From: Candidatus Moranbacteria bacterium UBA1362
GTDB lineage: Bacteria > Patescibacteriota > Minisyncoccia > Moranbacterales > GWC2-37-73
Reading direction: 5' to 3'
Assembly: GCA_002306085.1 (NCBI GenBank)
Contig: DBRS01000014.1
Coordinates: forward strand, 10,690 to 74,689
DNA length: 64,000 nt
The notes under the pieces were generated by a model. It was not told the origin of the DNA. It was given only the letters and a program-made list of their open reading frames with translations, and ran no database searches. This document shows, piece after piece, positions 31,393 through 42,529 of the stretch. Numbering within the stretch: the first letter of the stretch is position 1; each line of letters begins with the position of its first letter. The translations under genes and the position numbers were made by a program.

Positions 31393-32634
31393 CTATATGT
31401 ATCTTCTGTTTCGAAGTTCATCAGGCAAATATTGCTGGCCGCTTGAGTCTTCCAAGGGGGTGTATTTGTATCCTTTCCCGTATCCAAGTTTTTCCATGAG
31501 CTTTGTCGGCGCGTTGCGTATATGCATCGGCACCGGAAGATTTCCGAATTTTTCGACGTCTTTTTTAGCTTTTTCGTACGCAAAATACGCTTTGACGCTT
31601 TTGGGAGCTTTCGAAAGATAGATTGCAAGCTGCGCCAAATGCACGCTGCATTCGGGATAGCCGATTTTATGGCAGGCATCGAAAACATTATTCGCAAGAA
31701 CAAGCGCAAAATTGTCGGCAAGTCCCACGTCCTCAGAAGCAAAGCGCAGCAACCTTCTTGCGACATATTTTGGATCTTCTCCGCCCTCAAGCATCCTTGC
31801 AAGCCAGTACAGCGCGGCATTGGCATCTCCCCCGCGCATGGATTTGTGAAGAGCGGAAATAATGTTGTAATGTTCTTCACCAGTTTTGTCATAGTAAAGA
31901 TGCGATTTTTGCAAAACCTTCTTGATAAGTTCGGAGTCTATCATCCGCGTTTGCCCGGTCTTTGCCGAAATTTCAGCCGACAGCTGCGCCGCCGCTTCCA
32001 GCGTGTTGAGCGCCATGCGCGCATCGCCGTTTGCAAGTTTTGAAAGGATCGAAATATCATTATCCGAAATTTTTATTTTCTCATTTCCAAGCCCTCTTAC
32101 CTTATCTTCAAGCGCGCGCCTAAGGATTTTTTCAATGTCACGCGGCTCCAGTTTTTCCAAAACCAGAATGCGCGAACGCGATATAAGAGCAGAAATGACT
32201 TCGAAACTGGGATTTTCCGTCGTGGCTCCGATCAGCGTGACAGTTCCGTTCTCAACATAAGGAAGTAGCGCATCCTGCTGCGCCTTATTCCAGCGATGAA
32301 TTTCATCAATAAACAAAATGGTTCTTTTCCCGTCCTTTTTTATTTTTTTCGCGCGCTCCACGACAGACATGAGATCTCTTTTGCCGCTTGCAACTCCGCT
32401 GAGCTGGATGAATTCCGAGCCTGTTTCATTTGCAATGATTGAAGCAAGAGTCGTCTTTCCGCTTCCGGGAGGTCCCCAAAAAATAAGCGACGGCACGCTG
32501 TCGCTTTCAATAGCCCTGCGAAGAAAAGAATCTTTTCCAACCAATTTTTCCTGCCCGAAAAATTCCTCAAGCTTCTGGGAACGCATGCTGTCGGCCAGCG
32601 GCGCATATCTTTTCATGTTTTCCTTCGCTTTCAT
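31393..32634 (-). CDS. rarA: Replication-associated recombination protein A
   Basis: PLADSMR, GPPGSGKTT, FIDEIHR, ISALHKSMRG, ASEDVG. Confidence 0.96.
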   Translation of the reverse strand: MKAKENMKRYAPLADSMRSQKLEEFFGQEKLVGKDSFLRRAIESDSVPSLIFWGPPGSGKTTLASIIANETGSEFIQLSGVASGKRDLMSVVERAKKIKKDGKRTILFIDEIHRWNKAQQDALLPYVENGTVTLIGATTENPSFEVISALISRSRILVLEKLEPRDIEKILRRALEDKVRGLGNEKIKISDNDISILSKLANGDARMALNTLEAAAQLSAEISAKTGQTRMIDSELIKKVLQKSHLYYDKTGEEHYNIISALHKSMRGGDANAALYWLARMLEGGEDPKYVARRLLRFASEDVGLADNFALVLANNVFDACHKIGYPECSVHLAQLAIYLSKAPKSVKAYFAYEKAKKDVEKFGNLPVPMHIRNAPTKLMEKLGYGKGYKYTPLEDSSGQQYLPDELRNRRYI

Positions 32635-32691
32635 AAAACACAGTAATAATCGATCTTATAAACAAATTCTAGCATAAAAAAGAAAACCCTC

Positions 32692-33297
32692 CTAAGAGGG
32701 TTTTTTGCCGGACTCGTTGCGTCTGGCTTTTTTAAGCTGTTTTTCCAGCAATGCTTTGGCTCTTTCGGACCAGGGCTGCGGAGCATTTGTTCGAAGATAT
32801 TCCAGCGTATAATCTCTTTTGATGCCGCGTCTCAACATTTCTCTCCATGCCCGTTCCTTCCATTTTTCAGACATGTCATAATCCACTTTGATCGCTATGA
32901 CATTATGAAACAGGAAGTCGCCTTTTTCATTCTCAAGAAGCTTTTGCCACGCTCTTTCTCTCCATTCTTCGGGAGCGTAAGGGTTTTCAAGTATGTAATA
33001 ATAGTTGTAATACCAAAAACATTCGTTGAAAATTCTGCCGAAATTTTTGTCGAAATCTGCAAGTTTTTCCACCATCTCGGAAGGGAAATTTTTCGTCTGC
33101 CAAAAGAATGTGTTGGCATATTTTTCTCCAGCGTCCGGTTCAAGTCTGAAGTATTTCCTTATAGCTTCATGTCCGAGCACATACTCAGGGCTACAATCTT
33201 TGAAAATCTCCCGACCTCTTTCTGAAAAAACCTCACGATCTGTCAGAAACCATGCGCGTCCGTTAAAAACTATCCAAGACATGAAATAATATCTCAT
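32692..33297 (-). CDS. Orphan helical-repeat protein
   Basis: AAGGAGG before ATG (MRYYFMS); TTGACA-N17-TATGCT upstream; three W..RAW/RAK-like repeats. Confidence 0.6.
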   Translation of the reverse strand: MRYYFMSWIVFNGRAWFLTDREVFSERGREIFKDCSPEYVLGHEAIRKYFRLEPDAGEKYANTFFWQTKNFPSEMVEKLADFDKNFGRIFNECFWYYNYYYILENPYAPEEWRERAWQKLLENEKGDFLFHNVIAIKVDYDMSEKWKERAWREMLRRGIKRDYTLEYLRTNAPQPWSERAKALLEKQLKKARRNESGKKPS

Positions 33298-33415
33298 GCA
33301 ATACCTCCTTTTTATATAATCAAGGAACAATAAGTAAGCATACTTCACTCCAACTTCACTGTCAACAAGAGCCAAACTACTTTGTTTTTTTCTTCAAATT
33401 ACTCCTGCCCGCTTA

Positions 33416-34654
33416 TTATTCATATTTCAAAGCATCAATCGGACTCATTGCCGCGGCTTTGCGAGCCGGATAGAATCCAAAAATTATTCCTACTGCCGCC
33501 GAAATTCCAAAAGCAAGCAATATTGAGGAAATAGAAATTTTCGTCTCAAGCGTTGAAAAATGCGACACAAAAAATGAAGCGACCCATCCGAACCCCACTC
33601 CGATTAGTCCGCCAAAAAAAGTAAGCACGACCGATTCTGCCAAAAATTGCAGATTAATATATATTTTTTTTATACCGACGGCTTTTCTTAATCCTATCTC
33701 ACGCGTGCGTTCCGTAACTGTCGTAAGCATCATATTCATTATCCCTATCCCTCCAACCAAAAGCGAAATGCCGGCAATGGACGCAAGTAACAGCGTAAGC
33801 GTTCCCGTAATGTTCGAAGCTGTTTCAATAATATCGGCCTGGTTCATAAGCCTGAAATCAGCTTCGTCCTCATTTTTTATCCCGTGCCTTTCAAGCAGCA
33901 ATGATGTGATTTGTTCTTGAACAGATTCCATCAAACTCTGATCGCTCGCGGTAATACTCACGGAGCTGATATGGTCGTTCCCCGTCAGATAGCGCTGTGA
34001 AGTCATGATTGGAATATAAACTGTATCATCGAAATTGTTAAATCCGCTGCCGCCTTTCGCTTCGGTAACGCCGATCACTTCAAAATTGATTCCATTTATC
34101 TTTATTGACTGCCCTACAGGATCGACCCCTTCTCCGAATAAATCATCACGCGTGTCTGGACCGAGCACTGCTACTTTCGCCAGAACTTTGGAATGATATT
34201 CCGTAATAAAATTTCCGGAATCGATTTCGATATTCCTGACCGAAACATATTCAGGAACCGTTCCTATTGTCTGGGTGCGCGTATTCGTTCCTTTCGCTGT
34301 AATTTGATATTGTCCGTTATCAGAAGGCGCTACCGCTTCTATGTTTTGCACTTCACTCTTAATGGCTTCTACATCTTCCCATGTTATCGTCTTGGCGCTT
34401 CCTGCCACTGATCTTACCCCGCCGCTTCTCTGCGCTCCCGGCTGGATCATGATAAGATTCGATCCGATCGACTGGATTTGTTCCGAAATGGAAGCCTGGG
34501 AGCCTTGTCCTATCGCGACCATGGCAATTACCGACCCCACACCTATGATTATACCCAAAACAGTAAGACCAGATCTAACTTTATTTGTGGAAAGAGACCA
34601 AATTGTTTCTCTCAATAAATCTCCAAGCATCGATTTAAAAACTGCTATCAGCAA
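33416..34654 (-). CDS. MacB/FtsX-like ABC permease
   Basis: RSGLTVLGIIIGV, GGIGIMNMM, ERTREIGLRKAVG, PIDALKYE. Confidence 0.93.
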   Translation of the reverse strand: MLIAVFKSMLGDLLRETIWSLSTNKVRSGLTVLGIIIGVGSVIAMVAIGQGSQASISEQIQSIGSNLIMIQPGAQRSGGVRSVAGSAKTITWEDVEAIKSEVQNIEAVAPSDNGQYQITAKGTNTRTQTIGTVPEYVSVRNIEIDSGNFITEYHSKVLAKVAVLGPDTRDDLFGEGVDPVGQSIKINGINFEVIGVTEAKGGSGFNNFDDTVYIPIMTSQRYLTGNDHISSVSITASDQSLMESVQEQITSLLLERHGIKNEDEADFRLMNQADIIETASNITGTLTLLLASIAGISLLVGGIGIMNMMLTTVTERTREIGLRKAVGIKKIYINLQFLAESVVLTFFGGLIGVGFGWVASFFVSHFSTLETKISISSILLAFGISAAVGIIFGFYPARKAAAMSPIDALKYE

Positions 34655-34676
34655 TTTAAAATTTTAAAATTTATTT

Positions 34677-35387
34677 TCATTTTACGATATGGTCGTTCGG
34701 CACATTCTCCACGTCCCTCTCGATTTTTCCGTCTCTTATATGAATGATTCTTTTGGCATAATCCGCAACATCCATTTCATGCGTTATGATAACTATCGTA
34801 TGACCTTTCTCATTAAGCTCCTGAAAAGCTTTCATGACTATCTGGCTTGTTTTCGTATCAAGGTTTCCCGTAGGCTCGTCGGCAAGTATGATTAAAGGAT
34901 CATTAATTAATGCTCTTGCAATTGCGACGCGCTGCATTTGTCCGCCTGAAAGCTGATTGGAAAGATTGAAAAATTTTTCCTCTTCCATTCCTGCATACAG
35001 CAGACACTTCTTTGCCCGCTCGATGCGCTTTTCTTTCGGCACACCGGAATAAAGCAGCGGAAGCATAACGTTTCTCAATACTGTTGTGCGCGGAAGCAGA
35101 TTAAAAGACTGAAACACAAATCCTATTTTTTTTCTGCGAAGATCTGCAAGCTCGTCATCATTCAGTTTTGAAACTTCCCGCCCGTCCAAGAAATATTCCC
35201 CGCTTGTCGGAACATCAAGCTCGCCAAGAATATGCATAAGCGTGGATTTTCCACTACCCGACGGCCCTATAATAGAAACAAATTCTCCCTTTTTAATATT
35301 GAACGAAACATCATCAAGCGCGACGGTTTCCACATCTCCGTTCTTGTATACTTTTCTCAGATTCCTGCAATCGATCATAAATTTCAC
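34677..35387 (-). CDS. ABC ATPase (MacB/LolD type)
   Basis: [26 protein letters not shown]. Confidence 0.95.
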   Translation of the reverse strand: MKFMIDCRNLRKVYKNGDVETVALDDVSFNIKKGEFVSIIGPSGSGKSTLMHILGELDVPTSGEYFLDGREVSKLNDDELADLRRKKIGFVFQSFNLLPRTTVLRNVMLPLLYSGVPKEKRIERAKKCLLYAGMEEEKFFNLSNQLSGGQMQRVAIARALINDPLIILADEPTGNLDTKTSQIVMKAFQELNEKGHTIVIITHEMDVADYAKRIIHIRDGKIERDVENVPNDHIVK

Positions 35388-35397
35388 ATCTTATTTT

Positions 35398-36591
35398 TTA
35401 CATCCTTATCATCATATCTCTGCCAGGAAATCCCCTGGGGCCGTTCCTGTCATTTGATTTTTGGAGATCAGATTTCTCATCGCCTGAATCATTTGCATTT
35501 GAAGACTTGTGTGAATCCACCGCCCGTGTAACGATATTGTCGCCTTCATTTACGCCGCTTACTATCTCAGTTCTAGTATTATTCGTTATTCCGATTTCAA
35601 TCTGGCGGTCTTCCGGAATTTGGCCGTTCATTACCTGCACATAGTTTTTCCCGTTTCTTGTTTTTATGGCACTGCTCGGAATGATAACAGCGTCTTCCTT
35701 GGAGTTCGTAATTATTTCAGCCGACACGTTCATCCCCGGCCTTATTCTGTCGTCAAGCGAATCAAGGGATATAACTATGCCATATGTGACAACTCCCGAA
35801 TTTGTAGTTCCAAGCGCATCTATTTTTTCCACTTTTCCTGTAAGACTCAAGCCATCAATGGCATCAATGGCAACAGTAGCCGTTTGCCCGACTTTTACAT
35901 TCGAAATGTCCACCTCATTCACCTGTACCTCGGCTTTCACCGTGCCCAGATCTCCTATGATTATCGGTGTCTTATCGCCGTTTCCCGAAGACGAATCATT
36001 AAGACTGTCTCCGTTTTCAATGTTTATCTCAATCACGGTTCCGTCTATCGTGGAAACGGCTCTTGTTTCAGAAGCATTTTTGAGCGCGTTCTGATGGGCC
36101 TTCCAGCTCGTTTTGACGTTTCTTTCCGCAACTTCCACGGAAATTTCTGCCGCATCAAGTTTCTTTTTTGTAATTTTTTTCTCCTCGGAATTAGAATCTT
36201 CATATACATTCTTGGCTTCTTTTTTGTTAGCTTTTGCGTTCTCCAAAGAAGCCATCGCCTGCAGATATGAAGAATATGCTCTATCCGCGTCTATGCTTAA
36301 TTCATCATTATCTATCATAAAAAGCAGTTGTCCTTTTTTTACGCTGTCGCCTACGCTCACCGCCAAACCGTAAACCGTCCCTGAAATCCTAGGATCTACA
36401 TTGACAAGCTGATCAACAATAATACTGCCGCTTGCGGAAACCGATGTTGCCATGGGGCCTTTTTGCGCCCTTGCCGTAACGTAGCGAACTTCTTTGCTTT
36501 CGGAATTCGCGCTGCTGTATAAATAGTAGCCCGTGCCGGCTGCGAGCAAAAACAGAATGATCCAAAAATATTTTTTCCTGATGGATTTCAT
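35398..36591 (-). CDS. MacA-like periplasmic adaptor
   Basis: N-terminal TM, lipoyl half-motifs (VGDSVKKGQLL, STIDGTV), IRPGMNV. Confidence 0.9.
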   Translation of the reverse strand: MKSIRKKYFWIILFLLAAGTGYYLYSSANSESKEVRYVTARAQKGPMATSVSASGSIIVDQLVNVDPRISGTVYGLAVSVGDSVKKGQLLFMIDNDELSIDADRAYSSYLQAMASLENAKANKKEAKNVYEDSNSEEKKITKKKLDAAEISVEVAERNVKTSWKAHQNALKNASETRAVSTIDGTVIEINIENGDSLNDSSSGNGDKTPIIIGDLGTVKAEVQVNEVDISNVKVGQTATVAIDAIDGLSLTGKVEKIDALGTTNSGVVTYGIVISLDSLDDRIRPGMNVSAEIITNSKEDAVIIPSSAIKTRNGKNYVQVMNGQIPEDRQIEIGITNNTRTEIVSGVNEGDNIVTRAVDSHKSSNANDSGDEKSDLQKSNDRNGPRGFPGRDMMIRM

Positions 36592-37032
36592 TTATTTATG
36601 ATTTAAATTAAAAATAATATACGACAACATATTATTATAATTTATTATAATTTCAATTCAGTTACAGTCAAGGAATATCCTGTATCAATGGCAAACGTTT
36701 TTCCGGGCCCGAAAACTTTTACGCCAGTGAAGCGCCTGGATATGCCATTTTTTCCGGGCAATTTTCGTCTTGCCTTATCTTAACATGCAAAGACCGCCTG
36801 TTCCAGCCTGGCGGAAAAGCCCTTATGAAGATGCCCATATTAAAAATTTAGCATTTTTCCTAGCTACTCCTATGCTTTAATTCCCCAAAAATATCGAAGC
36901 TTCTGAGAATTCTGCTAACTCATCATCGTCGACTCTCCCTATCACCGATTCAGCCATGCAAATTTATATTAACTCCAGTCTTTAATACGAGATTTATTTA
37001 ATATATTTGCAGGCTTCCGCCATTTATACAAA

Positions 37033-37683
37033 CTATTTGCACACGTACAGGCAAGAATCTATCCAATCCGAAAGTTTCTCCTGAGAGTCCACATATCCCA
37101 AGATGTCAAGCAAATTTCCTTTATGGAAACCAAGATGAAGATGTTTTCTTTCACCGTCAGTTTGTTCGCTGTAACCCCTTCCCAGCTTTCCGAGAACGTC
37201 TCCTTTGCGGATATTATCGCCGATCTTAGCATTCACCGATCCCAGATCAAGATGACCGTATATAACTGTGATTGAATCATTTTCAAGTTCGCATGCCTGA
37301 ACCGCGACTCCGCCATAGCCCGTGGCGCTCTTTTTTGACAGCAGCCTGCCTTCACAAACAGCCCTCACAAAAACATCGGAATCCTGTTCCTCGGGAAAAA
37401 CTTCAAAATCCGCCCCAGTGTGATATCCCGCAAATCTTTCCGGCTGGACAGGCGAACTGCCAGGGGAAATAAATATGCCAAAAGGTTTTTTTGTAACTCT
37501 TTCGGCCGCCCTGTCCAAAGGAGCAGCAAAATCAGAATTCTCCTCTTTCTTAACTTCTGCATCTTGCGCAACATGAAACACCGGAAAAGCCGTATCGTTC
37601 TTTTGCAGGAAAAATCTAAACAAAAGAAAAATCATCGAAAATACAATTATGGTGACGGAAAACATTATGAACAATTTTTTCAT
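37033..37683 (-). CDS. M23 family peptidase
   Basis: YHTGAD, YGHL and HLH motifs; N-terminal TM. Confidence 0.88.
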   Translation of the reverse strand: MKKLFIMFSVTIIVFSMIFLLFRFFLQKNDTAFPVFHVAQDAEVKKEENSDFAAPLDRAAERVTKKPFGIFISPGSSPVQPERFAGYHTGADFEVFPEEQDSDVFVRAVCEGRLLSKKSATGYGGVAVQACELENDSITVIYGHLDLGSVNAKIGDNIRKGDVLGKLGRGYSEQTDGERKHLHLGFHKGNLLDILGYVDSQEKLSDWIDSCLYVCK

Positions 37684-37865
37684 GATTTTTATCTCTGCTA
37701 TGTTTCTTATTAACGCTCATTTTCAATTCGCTGTAAAACAACACATTTCCCTATATTACATTTTCCAACATTATCGGATATTTGCAAAATTACAATATAA
37801 AAAATAATTCATATCATTTATTGCTCATTCTTGTCCGTGTTTTTTTCATCACAGAATTCATACAA

Positions 37866-39476
37866 TCACTTCCTTGAAATTATTTTGTTTTTGTACATTT
37901 CTTTGTCCGCTTTTTGGATCGCAGCATCCAGATCGCTGCTCAGCACAGCGTATGTCGCACCGATAGCGATGTCAATTTTTAACTTTTCCATTCCTTCAAC
38001 CAATATTTCTCCCGCTTTTTCCTGAAGGCGAAGAACGACCGTTTCCACTTCTCCTTTTTTTATTCCTGGAAGCAATATGCAAAATTCATCTCCTCCAAAC
38101 CTTGCAACCAGATCTTTTTCCCTGAATTGAGAATTCAAAAAATTTGCCGTTTTTTGAATAAGCCTGTCTCCCGCAAGATGACCGTAGCAGTCGTTAACTT
38201 TTTTAAGGCCATTCACATCGACCATAATCACGCCTCCGTTGAAATACCGGCGCTTCCTGTATCTTTCAAGTTCCCTTTCAAAATAATACCTATTGTAGAC
38301 TCCCGTCAGCATATCATGCGTGCTCGAATATATTATGCGCTCTTCGGCCATTTTATGTCTTGTGATGTTCACGGCATATATTCTTGCGACGTTGTATTGG
38401 GGAGTAAGATAGATGGTCTCTGCAAAATATTCGCTTCCGACTCCGATTTCGCGATAGATCGGCCTCTTTTTGTTCTTCTGCAGACGTTTTAAGATGATAT
38501 TTATGTCTTTCGGCAGAAATTCATTAAGGCCGCGTTCGCCACACAATCCGCGCAGCACATTTCTTGCCGCCCTGTTGGCAAATGTAAGATTCAAAGAAAA
38601 GTCTATTTCTATTATCGGATTCGGATCAAGTTTGGGAAAGGATGCCAGATGTTCAATTTTCTGTTCGGCCAATTTTCTCTCACTGGTATCGACAAACAGA
38701 ATTGTGAATTTGCCCTTTCCGGGACTCGAGGAGAATGTTTCGTAGTACCGCTTTGTTACCGGGTTATAATTTTCAAAACGCACGGATTTTCCCGTCAATG
38801 CCACATTGCCATATATATCCACCCAGGTCGGCATTTCATCGTTGGGAAATATTTCTTTCATTGTTTTTCCCACCACATCGTAAGCCTTAAGTCCCGTAAG
38901 ACGCTCGTAGGCCTTGTTTATTTCCAGGAAACGATAGTCGCAGGGAGCGCCGTGTTCGTCGCATATTATCTCGCAAAGAGCAAACCCCTCGTTCATCGAA
39001 TCAAACAGGGATTTATACCTGTCTTTGCTCGGATCGGTTCCATGGCCGCGCTTTTCAATCCCTTTTGCGCCGCCGGCAAAAAAGAAAAAAAACTTCTGAT
39101 TAAAGAGAATTAAGTTTGAAATTGAAAATACGATTATATTTTTTTCGGACTTCCCCCTTTCAAGACGCATGGTAATTTTTTTTGCCACTTTTTTCTTTTG
39201 ATCGGATGCGGACATTGCTTTTGTAACAGAACATCGCGGACAACTTGTTCCCTTTCCGCACCCTTCCTCGGACAAATTTTCGCAGATCAAAAACTCTCCG
39301 ATTTTTTTGTAGTAAGCACTTCCGGAAGAAGACTTGCGCAGCATTAAAGCTTCCTTGTTTGCCACAAGAATCCTTTTCTTTTCATCAAGAACAAGCGCAG
39401 CAAACGGCATTCCAGACACCATTTCCTCAAGCTTGCTTTGCAACGTTATTTTTTGTTTAACGGACAGATTTTTCAT
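37866..39476 (-). CDS. PAS-PAS-PAS-GGDEF diguanylate cyclase
   Basis: DMLTGVYNR, DVNGLKKVND, REKD-LVARF-GGDEF. Confidence 0.92.
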   Translation of the reverse strand: MKNLSVKQKITLQSKLEEMVSGMPFAALVLDEKKRILVANKEALMLRKSSSGSAYYKKIGEFLICENLSEEGCGKGTSCPRCSVTKAMSASDQKKKVAKKITMRLERGKSEKNIIVFSISNLILFNQKFFFFFAGGAKGIEKRGHGTDPSKDRYKSLFDSMNEGFALCEIICDEHGAPCDYRFLEINKAYERLTGLKAYDVVGKTMKEIFPNDEMPTWVDIYGNVALTGKSVRFENYNPVTKRYYETFSSSPGKGKFTILFVDTSERKLAEQKIEHLASFPKLDPNPIIEIDFSLNLTFANRAARNVLRGLCGERGLNEFLPKDINIILKRLQKNKKRPIYREIGVGSEYFAETIYLTPQYNVARIYAVNITRHKMAEERIIYSSTHDMLTGVYNRYYFERELERYRKRRYFNGGVIMVDVNGLKKVNDCYGHLAGDRLIQKTANFLNSQFREKDLVARFGGDEFCILLPGIKKGEVETVVLRLQEKAGEILVEGMEKLKIDIAIGATYAVLSSDLDAAIQKADKEMYKNKIISRK

Positions 39477-41124
39477 TTAATTTTTTATTTTTAATCATCA
39501 TTTGGCGAGCAGCCTTGAGCGCACTTTCCACATCCTTGCCGCTTTTGGCGTATGCTATCCCGATTGAAACACCGGAAAACCTGATCGAGCCCTCAGCTTT
39601 CATCCTGTTGACTTTCGATTTTATCCTTTCAGCAATCGCAAGAATCATTTTCCCGTTTGTATTCGGAAGCAGTATGCAGAATTCATCCCCTCCGATTCGA
39701 GCCACGATGTCTTCATCCCGAAACTCGTTGGAAATGATATTCGCGGTCGCCTGAATAATTTCATCACCGACGGAATGTCCGTATGCGTCATTGATTTTCT
39801 TAAGCCCGTTTATATCGGCTCTTATCACGCCCCCGTTGAAATCCCTTCTTCCCTTGAATTTCTGCAGCTGTTTTTCAAAATACAGCACGTTATGAAGACC
39901 TGTCAGCGCATCATAGGTGCTGATGTGCTGTATTTTCTCCCGCGCCGATTTCCTTCCGCTGATATCCTTCAGAATCGTATATATCAGATCCTTGCCCTTG
40001 TCTTTTATAAGAATGCTCATTTCCTCCACATCGATACATTTTCCGCAAGTTCTCAGGAGTTTTATTTCAGATGACGGCAATGCCATAATGCCGCAAGCCA
40101 GCGACTGAAATCTCTTTGCCACGAAAGAATGGTAGTCGGGTCTGATAAAGTCATAAATGCTTTTTCCGGGATTGGAGCAGAAAAATTTGGCGCCGCACAA
40201 CCCTTCTGCCGCAGGATTTGCAAAAACTATCTTTCCTTTTTCATGCACAATAATGGCTTGGGGCGACAAGTCTACAAGAAGTTTGCCTCTCGCCTCTTCT
40301 TCCCTCATTTTTTTTCCTTTCGCGCGCAATTCATTGATATACAGACAATAGGGCTTCATCAAACCCGCTTCGACAATACCCAAATAAGCCAAATATGCGG
40401 ATAGAACCATCAGGATATGCCGGATATCGCCTGAAGCTGCGAAAAAATACCGATTTCCGGCGAGCAAAAATTCAATCAAAATATTTGCAAACAACGACAT
40501 CTCGATAAACAGGAAAACCAAATTGTCAAAACTGTCTTTTTTATAATGCAGAGAAAAAAGGCCGCCAATCGTGACGGCAAGTGCCGCATATCCCGCAGCA
40601 ATCCCCAGCGGCGTAATTGTTCCGTCAGATAAGATGACTGCGGGAAAAATATTCCACTGAAAAATCGAAAGCAAAACAAAAGCCGTCACGGCGGAGTACG
40701 CAAAAAAACTCAAACCCGCGTTAATTCTTTTTCCGATCAAAAACGGCGCTCCGGCGAACGATGCGCCAAGCATAAAACGCATGACAATACTGACCTGTTC
40801 CTGAAGGTTTCGGTCATATCCGGAAAAAATATCCGCCTCGACAATGGACAACAAATGGAATACTCCGAAAATACCGACAAAGAAATACGCAATGCCCATC
40901 AGGGTGAAAAAGTTGTTCTTCAAATATCTGCGGGAATTCCATACAAGCAGAAAAATGCTCAGAAAAATGGCCACGCTGGCAATTTCAGCCAGTGAATAGA
41001 AAAATAGATCGCTTTTTGTTTTTGCCAAAAAGAGTGCCACGAGAATGATTGCAAACCTCATTACAGGCACCCCATAGGATGCAACACTCATATTCGTCTT
41101 TATGTTGCGGTTACTGAGAAACAA
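39457..41124 (-). CDS. Membrane sensor (MASE3-like)-PAS-GGDEF diguanylate cyclase
   Basis: About 7-8 TM with a MASE3-like pattern, PAS, RDED-IVARI-GGDEF. Confidence 0.88.
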   Translation of the reverse strand: MFLSNRNIKTNMSVASYGVPVMRFAIILVALFLAKTKSDLFFYSLAEIASVAIFLSIFLLVWNSRRYLKNNFFTLMGIAYFFVGIFGVFHLLSIVEADIFSGYDRNLQEQVSIVMRFMLGASFAGAPFLIGKRINAGLSFFAYSAVTAFVLLSIFQWNIFPAVILSDGTITPLGIAAGYAALAVTIGGLFSLHYKKDSFDNLVFLFIEMSLFANILIEFLLAGNRYFFAASGDIRHILMVLSAYLAYLGIVEAGLMKPYCLYINELRAKGKKMREEEARGKLLVDLSPQAIIVHEKGKIVFANPAAEGLCGAKFFCSNPGKSIYDFIRPDYHSFVAKRFQSLACGIMALPSSEIKLLRTCGKCIDVEEMSILIKDKGKDLIYTILKDISGRKSAREKIQHISTYDALTGLHNVLYFEKQLQKFKGRRDFNGGVIRADINGLKKINDAYGHSVGDEIIQATANIISNEFRDEDIVARIGGDEFCILLPNTNGKMILAIAERIKSKVNRMKAEGSIRFSGVSIGIAYAKSGKDVESALKAARQMMIKNKKLNEKSVR

Positions 41125-41279
41125 TATTGATCATAAATTGCACACGCTTTCATCAAGCGGTTAATTATCTTGATACAATTAATATTCAAATATATTTCAT
41201 TGATATCTGTTTTTTTCGGAGACGAAATAATCAGACAAAGCGAATGTATTTATTAAGGTAAAAATAAACTTGCATCTTT

Positions 41280-41426
41280 ATGTGGACGCTGTTTATAATC
41301 CTGCTAATCCTGTGGTTTATCGGACTCATAACCTCCTATACTTTCGGAGGTTTGATCCATATCCTTTTGGTAGCAGCCGTGATACTTCTCATAATCCGGC
41401 TCATTCAGGGACGCACTTCCCGATAA
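41280..41426 (+). CDS. Lmo0937-like small membrane protein (48 aa)
   Basis: Manually translated: MWTLFIILLILWFIGLITSYTFGGLIHILLVAAVILLIIRLIQGRTSR. Confidence 0.8.
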   Translation: MWTLFIILLILWFIGLITSYTFGGLIHILLVAAVILLIIRLIQGRTSR

Positions 41427-41639
41427 ACGCCGCCAAAAAGTCTGGTAAGGAATATATTCCTTACCAGAAATACGGCCCTTTGCTATACGCAAACGAGGTT
41501 CTTTAATGCAAAGCGCCGGGCGTCGACATTTGCATTTTGCCTGAATTTTGATTAATATTCGCGCAAAGGAGGTATTGGAGATATTAAAGCAATATAAGCA
41601 CCTTAACATCACCAAAAAACAAAGAAAAAAGGAGAAGAA

Positions 41640-42188
41640 ATGTCGACAACAAACAGTTGTGTTTTTATTGATACTGCAAACATCAATGCTTCATTCAGAA
41701 AAATAAAATCAAAACTTGGGCTGTCGGATAAAATCAAGCTTGACTTTGACAACCTGATCAAAATTATAACGGTTGGAAGCAACTTGGTCTCAAAATCCAT
41801 ATACGTGGAATCGAGATCATCAGATGACGGCAGCAGAAAATTCATTGATTTTCTGAAACACAGAGGTTTTAACGTGATCACCAAAGAGATCAAAGTAATT
41901 TCTCTCGACAACGGCGACAAGAAAAACAAGGCAAATTTCGATGCCGAGATAGCATACGACATATGTCAAAGCGTCTGGAAAAGAGAATGCAACAAGGTTT
42001 TTCTTTTCTCGGGCGATTCGGATTTTGCATATGTCACAAGGCAAATTAAAAATCTCGGCATAACCGTGGTCGTGATTTCCTCCAAAAACTCCCTGTCTCG
42101 GGAACTTTTGGAACTGGCGGACAATGTTGTTTACTTGGAAGATCTGCTGACAAATGAACACAACATAACATTTTCAAAACAATCATAA
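41640..42188 (+). CDS. NYN-domain (LabA/DUF88) protein
   Basis: VFIDTAN, KANFDAEI, FSGDSDF, LSREL. Confidence 0.88.
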   Translation: MSTTNSCVFIDTANINASFRKIKSKLGLSDKIKLDFDNLIKIITVGSNLVSKSIYVESRSSDDGSRKFIDFLKHRGFNVITKEIKVISLDNGDKKNKANFDAEIAYDICQSVWKRECNKVFLFSGDSDFAYVTRQIKNLGITVVVISSKNSLSRELLELADNVVYLEDLLTNEHNITFSKQS

Positions 42189-42529
42189 ACGCCGAATGTT
42201 TTCCGCTTTTATAAAGCAGTTATTGAAGGCAATAAAAAATTCAAAACTATTCCAACAAACCTCCTTTGATTTAGCACCTGAGCCGCCTGAGCAGATTTTG
42301 CCAGACGGCTCTTAAATTTTTCAAATATCTTGGCAGATTTCTCGGCATTGTTTGCGCAAATTTATATTTTTGTGCCCGATGGCATTGCAATTAATTTTTC
42401 CGCATAACTTTTTCTCCCGCTTTTTTAATCAGCCTGAATACAATATTTTTCACATGCGTATAATGATATAATGCAGCTACGGCTGCCATAGAAGCTGATG
42501 TTTTATTAATTTGTTTTTATAAAACAACC

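Noticed and set aside
36600-37030. Long intergenic region as a possible sRNA or pseudogene
   Set aside because: Only 26-39 codon ORFs without good starts and no recognisable RNA motif.
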